NCBI RefSeq assembly: GCF_018350175.1
Contig: NC_058368.1
Location: forward strand, 3,596,001 to 3,660,000
Direction of reading: 5' to 3'
Origin: Felis catus
Lineage: Eukaryota
DNA length: 64,000 nt
Position numbers and translations under genes: made by a program. Each line of letters begins with the position of its first letter. Within the stretch, counting starts at the first letter, position 1. Shown one piece after another: positions 1-9,814 of the stretch. Under the pieces are notes generated by a model, which worked only from the letters and a program-made list of their open reading frames with translations, was not told where the DNA came from and searched no databases.

Positions 1-1625
1 ATTACAAAGCTGTAATGATCAAAGCAGTATGGTGATGGCACAAAAATAGACACATAGATCAATGGAACAGAATAGAACCCAGAAATTAACCCACAACTAT
101 ATGGTCAATTAATCTTTGGCAAAGCAGGAAACAATATCCAATGGAAAAAAAAAAAAAAGATAGTCTCTTCAACACATGGTGTTGGGGAAACTGGACACCA
201 AATGCAGAAGAATGAAACTGGGCCGCTTTCTTCCACCATATACAAAAATAAACTCAAAATGGATGAAAGACCTACATGTGAGACCTGAAACCATCAAAAT
301 CCTAGAGGAGAACACAGGCAGTGACCTCTCTGACAGCGGCCACGGCAACTTCTTTCTGGATATGTCTTCTGAGACAAGGGAAACAAAAGCAAAACGAAAC
401 CATTAGGACTCCATCAAAACGAAAAGCTTCTGCACAGCAAGGGAAACAATCAACAAAACTGAAACGCAACTTACGGAATAGAAGATATTTGCAAATGACA
501 TAGGTGATAAAAGGTTAGTGTCCAAAGCTTATAAAGAACTTATATGGGGCGCCTGGGTGGCTCAGTGGGTTAAGCATGCGACTTTGGCTCAGGTCATGAT
601 CACACGCGTTTGTGAGTTCGAGCCCCGCGTCAGGCTCTGTGCCGACAGTTGGAGCCTGGAGGCTGCTTGGGATTCTGTGTCTCCCTCTTTCTCTTCCCCT
701 CCCTTACTCATGCTCTCTCTCTCTCTCTCTCAAAAATAAATAAACGTTTAAAAAATTCTGTAATGTGCCGAAGGCATGAATAGACATTTTTCCCAAAGAA
801 GACACCCAGATGGCAAACAGACACATGAAAACGTGTTCAACATCACTCATCATCAGGGAAATTAAATCAAAACTATGAGATGCCACCTAACACCAGTCAG
901 AATGGTGAATCAACAAGACAAGTAACAGATATTGGCGAGGATGTGGAGAAAGGGGAACCCTCTTGCACTGTTGGTGGGAATGCAGACTGGCACAGCCACT
1001 CTGGGAGACCGTATGGAAGTTCCTCAAAAAGTTAAAAATAGAGCTACCCTACAATCCAGTAAGTGCACTACTAGGTATTTACCCAAACAATACAAAAACA
1101 CTAATTCAAGGGACACATGCCCCCTGATGTTTATAGTAGCATTATTTACAATAGCCAGATTATGGGAAAAGCCCAAGTGTTCATTGGTTGATGAATGGAT
1201 AAAGTGGTATATATATACAAGGGAATATTAATCAGCCATAAAAAAACAGTGAGATCTTGCCATTCACAACGACATGGATGGAGCTAGAGAATATTATGCT
1301 AAGCAAAATAAGTCAGTCAGAGAAAGACAAATACCATACGATTTCACTCACATATAGAATTTAAGAAACACAATAAATGAGCAAAAGGAAAAAAGAGAAA
1401 GAGGCCAGGCAAGAAAGAGACTCTAAACTATATGTAGAGAACAAAGATGGTTCCCAGAGGGGAGGGGTGTGGGGGGATGAGTGTAATAGGTGATGGGGAT
1501 TAAGGAGGGCACTTGTGATGAGCACCAGGTATTGTGTGGATATGTTAAATCACGATATTGTACCTCTGAAATAATATTACACTGCAGGTTAACTAACTGG
1601 AATTTCAACAAAAGCTTTAAAAAAT
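1..1625 (+). mobile_element. LINE-1 3' part (ORF2 C-terminus + 3'UTR), carnivore-type, degraded; interrupted by a SINE
   Basis: ORF fragments match L1 ORF2p C-terminus (PYTKINSKWMKDLHVRPETIKILEEN; MFIVALFTIARLWEKPKC..DEWIK); G-rich 3'UTR; A-rich end. Confidence 0.95.
546..755 (+). mobile_element. Can-SINE (SINEC_Fc-type)
   Basis: GGGGCGCCTGGGTGGCTCAG A-box head, GTTCGAGCCC B-box, (CT)n, AATAAA/A-tail. Confidence 0.97.
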
Positions 1626-1683
1626 TCTTATGGAAAAGAGGTGGCCGAATGTGAAAGATCAAAGCTCTCTCATTTACTTTTTT

Positions 1684-1748
1684 TAATTAAGTTTTAATTT
1701 TAATTCTAGTATAGTTAACACAGAGTGTTATATTAGTTTCAGGTGTAA
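1684..1748 (-). mobile_element. short L1 3'-terminal fragment
   Basis: reverse complement resembles the L1 3' terminus seen at 1560-1610. Confidence 0.7.
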
Positions 1749-2087
1749 AACCTTTCTCATTTAAAAATGGCGAGCAATCTATTGGATAAACTTTCTGCCC
1801 AGAGAAATGGATTTTAAGTGCCCTAACGTTAAATATTTTCATAAAGAGCACTCTGGGCCATAAAACTGTTATATGGCTACTAGAAATAGAAGAGAATCGA
1901 CTTCTTACTGTATTTGATAAAATGGCTGTAAATAGCAATTTAAAAACAGAATTGTCATTTTGTTTCAATTTTCAATCCAAGAAAACCCTTTATTTTCACC
2001 CCATGGCTATAAATGTCTTTGCAGGCGTGCAAGAAAATGAGTCAAGAATTCACACGAACACGGTTAGAAAGCAACCTTTTGACTTAC

Positions 2088-2169
2088 ATCTCTTCCCCGA
2101 TTATACGAGATTTCTGTCATAAGTCATTTACTCGAATTCTGCCCTGAGTGATAGGATGCCCTTGGCAAC
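2088..2169 (-). other. candidate non-coding exon (82 nt)
   Basis: acceptor cctctcatctctcggtcttcag| and donor GAT|GTAAGT; stops in all three frames. Confidence 0.25.
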
Positions 2170-2407
2170 CTGAAGACCGAGAGATGAGAGGCCATAAAAC
2201 ATCGAATCTGGGAAGGGCCGTGTTGGGTAAATACTGCTGTTCTGAGTTTGTGCCTTGGGGCTGAGCCAAAGGTGGGGGAAGCCAGTCTACAGCTCAATCA
2301 ATACCAGCTACATCCAACACGATGAGAAAACAATGCTCCCTAACCATCCGAGCGGCAGCTAGCCCAATGGAAGTGAAGATACATTCCAGCTTTTTTAAAA
2401 CCTATGG

Positions 2408-2609
2408 TCAGGAAAGGGGAAACAATGCAGGAACGGCATACAAAATGTAATTCGCAACGAAAAAAAGGTGAATTTGAAGCCATGCTTCTGGCATTCCAGC
2501 AGACAGAACTTGAAATAGCAACAGAAGTGCTTCCCGGTCCTTGTCAATATCATCATCTCCAATTTCCGGGAGTGGTTTAGGAACTTTGATGCTTTTATCA
2601 TCGTATGAA
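2408..2609 (-). other. candidate terminal exon (SYDDKSIKVPKPLPEIGDDDIDKDREALLLLFQVL...ALFPLS*)
   Basis: acceptor ttgtatttgtag|; open frame to TGA at 2410-2408; AATAAA on minus strand at 1994-1989; product not recognised. Confidence 0.25.
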
Positions 2610-3017
2610 CTACAAATACAATTTAAAATAATTTTGTAAATTGTAATAATATCATTCAAATGTCCACTAAGTGGTAGTGTCAGTATGGGACCCCCAGTCC
2701 CCCCATTCCAAGGATTCATAGTTTAATAAAGCAATAAAACAGGACATGTTTGTCGGTTAATGTCGGAGTAATTCTCTGAAAAGAAAAAAAGCAACGTTAA
2801 AGAAGCAAACCTTCGTGCTGGCAGAAATCACCACATATCAGTCAAAGATCATGAAAAAACGTTCCCCTGCACTTTATTTTCAGTCAGTTTTTAAGCTCGG
2901 AAAAGCCATAATACCTACCTTACGTTTATTTCTATGTGAAAATTACTCTTGAATTATTCCAGTTTTGAATTGTTCAAGATCTTCAGGAATGATTCCTTTT
3001 ACAAAATTGGGGTCATT

Positions 3018-3232
3018 GGGGCGCCTGGGTGGCACAGTAGTTTGAGCGTCCGACTTCAGCCAGGTCACGATCTCACGGTCCGTGAGTTCGAGCCCCGCGT
3101 CAGGCTCTTGGCTGATGGCTCAGAGCCTGGAGCCTGCTTCCGATTCTGTGTCTCCCTCTCTCTCTGCCCCTCCCCCGTTCATGCTCTGTCTCTCTCTGTC
3201 CAAAAAAAATAAATAAATGTTGAAAAAAAAAT
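3018..3232 (+). mobile_element. Can-SINE, young SINEC_Fc subtype
   Basis: full SINE; near-perfect TSD TACAAAAwTGGGGTCAT. Confidence 0.97.
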
Positions 3233-3734
3233 TTACAAAAATGGGGTCATCATATTTCGATGCAGGCAGGTGAAAAATCATTCAAGTCACAAGAAAGAAT
3301 AGCATCCTTCAGAAATTGATGTATTTGTGCCTGATTTATGTACCTCCTTGTGATGTCTGATGCGCGCTCAGAAAACAAAAAGGCAAATGACATTAAGAAT
3401 TGCCACATTGGAGGACTCTTGGATGAAAGTCGCCCTGATTTAGACATGCCACACTTTCTCTTTGGTACAGCAATCCAGGCTGCAATTAGCCAGTGCTCTC
3501 CTCTTAACAACAAAGATAAATAAAATTCCCTTTTACCTTACATTTCTTACTAGCCATTAAGACTATTTGATCACAGAAAAAATTTTTTGCGAGTCAATAT
3601 TACCCCTACAAACCAAAAGAGGTAAACCGAAATCAAGTATCTATCCAGAATACAGTATTTGTCTTCTGACGGAAACTTCATTGTTTCGATGTATATTCTG
3701 AGTCTTCTTCTGTTTTCTGTGCTTCGCCTTCCAG

Positions 3735-3837
3735 TCTAACTTGGATTTCCAATCACTCTGAGGAAGGAGACGCTTCTATCCGTGTGAGAATAGTACTCAA
3801 CAGCCCTGCAGGAAATCGTCGCCACTCACTATAAAAC
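3735..3837 (+). other. candidate non-coding exon (103 nt)
   Basis: long pyrimidine tract ...cttcgccttccag| and AAC|GTAAGT donor; all frames closed. Confidence 0.25.
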
Positions 3838-3973
3838 GTAAGTTTCAATCACGGAAAACTTTCGCATTTTCTCCTGGTGATTTCGTTCCTACTTTTACAT
3901 AAATAAGACATCAGTTAATTTAACTTCAGAAATAAAAGGTGTGGTTGCTTCTTTTAAAAAGTGAAGAAGATTG

Positions 3974-4160
3974 AGGCGCCTGGGTGGTTTAGTCGGTGAA
4001 GCGGTCGACTTCAGTTCAGGTCGTGACCTCACAGTGCATGGGTTCGAGTCCCGCGTCCGGCTTTGTGCTGACAGCTCAGAGCCCAGAGCCTGCTTCAGAT
4101 CCTGGGTTTCTGTCTCTCTCTTTCTCTCAAAAATAAATTTAAAAATTTTTTTTAACTTAA
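3974..4160 (+). mobile_element. Can-SINE
   Basis: SINE head and B-box; TSD TGAAGAAGATT. Confidence 0.93.
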
Positions 4161-4244
4161 GAATTGAAGAAGATTATTGCACAGGGCATGTTTAAGGAGC
4201 CCCAGGCTAAAATTATCGGTTCGGCCTTGAGGGGACCTTCTTAC

Positions 4245-4359
4245 CGGACCTCTTCCAACCTTGTCACCTGAGGTTCTGGAACTGGACCAGCTCCTGGCTT
4301 TTTAGGGAAAGTCAATAAATCTGCTTTCGTCCTGATGTTCCAACACGATCAAGTCGATT
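4245..4359 (-). other. candidate exon (115 nt)
   Basis: acceptor ttcattttgtgtcag|, donor CCG|GTAAGA; best frame ST*SCWNIRTKADLLTFPKKPGAGPVPEPQVTRLEEV(R) with one early TGA. Confidence 0.3.
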
Positions 4360-4374
4360 CTGACACAAAATGAA

Positions 4375-4987
4375 TGTATTAGTTTCCTACTGTCGTGTGA
4401 CACACTACCACAGACATAGCAACTCCACACCGATTCATCGTCTCACATTTCCCATGGGTCAGGAGTGTGGGGCTGGTTGGTTGGATTTTCTGCTCAGGAG
4501 CTCACCGGGCTGCAATCCAGCGGGTGTCTGGGGCCGTGCTTTCAGCTGAAGCCATTTCTTTGTCAGTATGGCCTAGGCCCCTGCCATCCTACTAGCAGAT
4601 GGGCGACAAGGCTCTGGGTCTCTTGGAGACCATCCACAGGTCCTTGCTGCAGCCTCTCACATCACAGCACCTCTTCAAGGCCTGCAGGACACTGCTTGCT
4701 GCTGCCTCTTATCTCCTGTTTTCAGTTCACCTGATTAGACCAGGCCCACCCAGAGTGATCTTCCATTTTAAGCGACTTTTTAATTCAAAGTCAACTGAAG
4801 GAACACCCTTGACTGCATCTTCAAAATCCCTTTTTCCATACTAATATCATCTTGGGAGTGAGAGGTAAATGAGAGTGACTATGAGATATTCCCAGGCCCC
4901 ACCTATACTCAAAAGGAAGGGATTATACAGGCTGAGTACACCAGGAGGCAAGAGTATTAGAGACCACCTTAAAATTCTGCTTCCCAC
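4375..4987 (-). mobile_element. MaLR LTR (MLT1E-like)
   Basis: tgtattagtttcct...accac start and ttaaaattctgc..cac end, typical of MLT1 in reverse orientation. Confidence 0.8.
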
Positions 4988-5214
4988 GGAGGGGAAATAA
5001 AACCAAATTTGGGTGGTTGGTTGAGCATCCAAGACGTTGAACGTACGGTGCCCGAAATAGTGTTGGAGCATAATGTAAGCTCAGTAAACTCTAATTATTA
5101 TTCTAATATTATCTGGGCCTCTGACATATCTCCTTGGTTTGTACCCCTCAAGACTTGAAGAAGCTGGGTGAAATATTCCAAACTATTGCAGTGCTACACC
5201 AGCATCAGAGATCC

Positions 5215-5381
5215 CGAGGGGCAGAGAAGGGGGGAGGAGAGAGAGAATCCCAAGCAAGCTCCATGCTGTCCGTGCAGAGCCCGACATGGGGCCTGAACTC
5301 ATGAAACTAGAACCGGGAGATCATGACCTGAGCCAAAGCCAAGAGTCAGATGCTTAAACAACTGAGCCACCCAGGTGTCCC
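5215..5381 (-). mobile_element. Can-SINE (older, tail truncated)
   Basis: ctgagccacccaggtgtccc reverse head. Confidence 0.92.
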
Positions 5382-6499
5382 AATAAGAGAAACTTCTAAC
5401 TCCTCCCCTCTGCCACGCGCGAGAACCCACATTGAAGAATTTCTTCTGCAGACTGGTTGATATTATGAAGACTGCTGTCCATATTTTCGATGGGATTCTA
5501 TCCCTCAGGAAGCTCATTTTGCCTCCGAATTGCCTGAAAATGTACGAAGGGCTAGAGCTGTTTTCCCACTTGGGAGATGTCTTCGCCCTTTCCGTTTCTG
5601 TAGTTATCTTTGGATCAAAACTTAGCATTTATTGGACTGGTATCACAGCGGATCGAGTCGGGTCTTGCGAGTACCTGCCACTCCACAGAAACAACTATTC
5701 AGCTGGAAAGAAGCATCAGAACCAACTACTTCTCAGCTCTGGAGTCAGATTGATCACTGCCTCCAAGGGAGGGCTCGAAGAAAGACACAGGTAGAGTTCA
5801 GCCTGTTGGATCAAAGCTACATTACCACAGCCCCCAGCCCGACATCAAACAAACCACATTCTTGCTAGTGGTTTTCAGGTGCTGGGGTGGGCAAGAAGGA
5901 CTCCGTCCTCCCAAATCAGCGATGTGTGTTTTGAGACACCTGACGGTTCCCTGAGAGGTCAGCAAGAAAGTTGGCCACTGTGACAACCCCACTGTGCTGA
6001 ATCAGCCTTTCTGGCCTCTGTTGAATCTCTGTTGTATCTCTGTAAAGAGATACAACACATTTTCTTTTCTCTTCTCACTGTATTCAAGCGCTTAAGGAAA
6101 TATTCGTCAAATCGCCGGCCGGCTTTCCAGAAAGTGGTCTGTAGTGATGATTGTGACCGAACACGACGACGAAAATTATCCTTTCAGAGATCGTTTTTAA
6201 AATCACTAAATAAACAAAAGAAGCGAGGCCTCAGCCACAACACCAGCAGTCCCTGGGGAGAGAATTTGCTATTCAGTGTCAGCGCACCTCAATATACAAA
6301 ATGCCTACTGTCCAACAAAAATTTCTCAGGCGTTCAAAGAAACAGGAAAGCACCGCCAATTCACAGGACAAACACCAAGTTAGAAACCATCCTTGAGAAT
6401 GCCCAGGCTTTGGGATAATTAGACAACAATGAACTGTCTTAAATACGTTCAAAGAGCTGAAGAAATCCATAAAAAAGTAGTTAAAAGGAAGGGAGGCGT

Positions 6500-7010
6500 G
6501 GGGTGGCTCCCAGGGGCATCAACCATGTGACTAACAGGTTGGAAATTTCAGTTCCACCTTCCCGGCCTCTGAAGGGAACGGGGCTGGAACCAATGGCCAA
6601 TGACTTAGCCAATCATAACGAGGTAATGAAGCCTCCAGAAAAACCCAGGGAGACAGCTTTTTGGCCCTTTTTTTTTCCCAGAGAGCTTCCACCATTGGGG
6701 AACCAGAACATTTCCACCTGCCCCCGGGTCAGGCCCTACGCTCCTCAAGGACCGAAGCTTCTTTGTTTAGGACCTCATTCTACGTCTCTCATCACCCGGC
6801 TGCTATTCATATCTTCTACCGTATCCTTTAATAAACTGGTAAATGTATGACCCTGAGTTCCATGAGCTACTTTAGCAAATTAATCAAGTATGAGAAGGAG
6901 GTCATTGGATCCTGCAATCTGTATCCTGTCTGTCAGGAACACAGCAGCCGGGGGCTTGCATCTGGCATCTGAAGTGGGGGGTGGGAAGCAGCCTTATGGG
7001 ACCGAGCCCA
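6500..7010 (+). mobile_element. ERV LTR, MER21-like
   Basis: ccaatggccaatga..taatgaagcctcca, aataaactggtaaa, ctggcatctgaagtgggg motifs of MER21. Confidence 0.8.
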
Positions 7011-7789
7011 TGATATACTGTTCCTGCACTAAACACACTTTGCTGGAATACACCTTAGCCTTCAGAATAACTTCCTTATATTGAGGTGCACGAGTCCTTC
7101 CAGGGAGTCACCGAATTAGCAAGTGGTCATTAGACCCCAGAAATACTCAAAAGATCTGCATTGCGCCTAGTGAATCTTTCTGTAAATCCCACGCGACGTC
7201 CCTGGAAACCAGCACCATCCCTGCGGAGGGTCTCAGCGGCATAAACATAGAGCCCACAGCGCATTCCTAGCGGGAGCGGTCACTTACACTTCCCTAGCAT
7301 GGAGTGGTTGAAAATGGTCTCACATCACGATTACCAGGGCGAAATAGTATCATTTAAAAAATATTTGCGCTTTTAGCCAAATTTAAATAAATACTAAAAT
7401 AAATATTAGAAAGTAAAGTAAATCAGATTAATAACATGAAACATTTTTTTCAAGTAGCGTTTAGCCATTTTTGTTCACACTCTGGAAAATGCTACATTAA
7501 TAACCTTTGTCCTTTATCTTCACAGTGTTTGGCTTTTTATATTTCAAGCAATGAAATATTTTATCTGTCATCTTTGTTGCAAACAGTCTCCCAGATTCCT
7601 AGGTTAGGAATTCTGCCAGAGCAAACATTTTCCTCCCATAGACTCTACCTGGTTATTATTGGCATATACAAAGTATTGCCTTTATACATGTATTCAGACA
7701 CTGATACATAATAGTAGGTTTTCTATGGATTCTTAGTTGATTCAAATACATTTTTTTCTAGGAAATTACCTTTAAGAAGTAATCATTCC

Positions 7790-8535
7790 GAGTTAAAATT
7801 AAGAGCACAGGACACAAGTGCTGGCGAGGATGTGGAGAAAGGAGAACCGTCTTGCACGGTTGGTGGGAATGCAAACTGGGGCAGCCGCTCTGGAGAACAG
7901 TATGGAAGCTCTTCAAAAAGTTACAACTAGAACTACCCTACAGTCCAGCCATTGCACTACTAGGTATTTACCCAAAGGATACAGATTTGAAGGGGTACAC
8001 GCACCTTGATGCTAACAGCAGCATTATCAACAATAGCCAAACTATGGAGAGACCCCAAATGTCCACCAGCTGATGAATGGATAAAGAAGATTTGGTTTAC
8101 ATATACAATGAAATATTATTTGGCCATAAAAAGGAATGAAGTCTTGCCATTTGCAATGATGCTGGATGGAACCAGAGTGTATCGTGTAAGTGAAATAAGT
8201 CAGTCAGAGAAAGATAAACACCAGATGATTTCAGTCATATATGGAGTTTAAGAAACAAAAGAGATGAACATATGGGAATGGGGGAAAAAAGAGAGAGAGA
8301 GGGAAACAAACCGTAAGAGACTGTTCATGATGAAGAGCAAACTGAGGGTTGATGGAGGGAGGTGAGTGGGGAATGGGCCAAATGGATGATGGGTATTAAG
8401 GAAGGCACTTGTTATGAGGTGCACTGGGCATCATATGTAAGTGATGAATCCCTAAATTCTACTCCAAGAAACAATATTACACCATGTTAACTAGCTAGAA
8501 TTTAAATAAAAATAGGAAAAAGAAACAAAACACAA
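7790..8535 (+). mobile_element. LINE-1 3' end, carnivore-type
   Basis: [31 protein letters not shown] (ORF2p C-terminus), 3'UTR, A-rich tail. Confidence 0.95.
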
Positions 8536-9219
8536 AAATAGCAAACATTTCAAATGTAACACTCAACTTTTCTAAGGATGTACTGGAACCATTACCGGTA
8601 GAAGGGAAAATGTCTGTAACACTTCTCTACGCAGAAATTTATCAATAAACATAAAGACTTTTAGACCAAAAAAAAAAAAAAATGAACACATACATAAAAA
8701 GGAATCATTCCCCCCTTTTTATACCCATGTTAAATAATAGCTATCGCTTGCTTAAAAATAGCCTTAGAGTGTTTTATTAGTTTAGAATTTATCAGTTGTA
8801 AAATGGATGTGTTTTATTACTATTCGTAATGTATCTTCTCGACATGTTTTTTTTTTCCTATAATTTATTAAGAATGTGTGGTAAGTTTAATTTACTGACC
8901 TCTCTAGCTATTCAGATGGCGTTGCAACATTTCACACTTGATGATTGATGAGACATACAGGCTCTTCGTACTCGGCACCGCGGCGTAAGACTGCAGGACT
9001 CCTGCGCTCCCTGAAACCCTGCAAACGCAGCTTAACACCCAGCGGGCAATTATCACAGCTCCGTGACCTTTAAAACTTTTATCAACGTATCGCGATACCT
9101 CTTACTGTCAGTTGCTACAGGCCTTGGCAACAGAATATGAAGAAAGTAAAGCTGATTGTGACTTAGTACACTGTGCAGCTAATTGTTATTGAGGACACTG
9201 TGATTTTTTGAAATTTGAA

Positions 9220-9524
9220 TGTGGTGGGGTCCCCTCCCTAAGGAAAGAAAAAAAGCCTCAAGGCAAACCTAGCTATCTGCGGAAATGACCACATCCCTCA
9301 CCACCTTGTAACACGAGGCCGCTTAATCAGACTACACGTTTGTGTGTTACCATGTATGGGAGACAAAGGAGTAAAAAATATATATAAAAAAACTATGCCA
9401 CGTGGCGTTCCGGGCTCCGTTCTTTGGGTATGAACCCCCTGAGGTGGTGTTGGCAGGAATCAAGTTGCTTCCTGGAAGGAAAAAGCCTGGGGGTCACGAC
9501 TCTCTGTGCGAGAATCCTGCTGCG
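9220..9524 (+). mobile_element. solo ERV1-type LTR (305 bp)
   Basis: TG...CG ends (decayed CA), 4-bp TSD TGAA at 9216-9219 and 9525-9528, TATATAAAA at about 9381. Confidence 0.75.
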
Positions 9525-9724
9525 TGAAACCGGGAGGATAACATTGTTCCTTCCTTTGGAAAAAGTGGTCGTGGAGAGGGGTTTGAATAGCCCTCGTCTT
9601 GTTCTCCTCGTCATGTGCTTTATGACATGCAATCAAAGAATCTCTTGCTCTTCCCTGTGCCTTGACCAGTGGTCTCTCTCCTTGCTGAGTTTGGATCGGT
9701 TTCCCACATCTGAGCCTTTGCACT

Positions 9725-9814
9725 TCTACACCATCGAATATCACTGAGAGTTCTCTACATCATCAAATATCACTGAGAGTTCTCTACATCATCAAATATC
9801 ACTGAGAGTTCTCT
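9725..9814. repeat. 29-bp tandem repeat, 3 copies
   Basis: TCTACAyCATCrAATATCACTGAGAGTTC x3; copies 2 and 3 identical. Confidence 0.97.

Noticed and set aside
546..640. tRNA genes
   Set aside because: A/B boxes belong to tRNA-derived SINE heads; no cloverleaf.
4349..4351. In-frame TGA as selenocysteine
   Set aside because: Context S-T-*-S-C is not a CxxU/UxxC motif, and I see no convincing SECIS downstream.
9725..9814. CRISPR-like array
   Set aside because: Head-to-tail repeats without spacers, in eukaryotic DNA.
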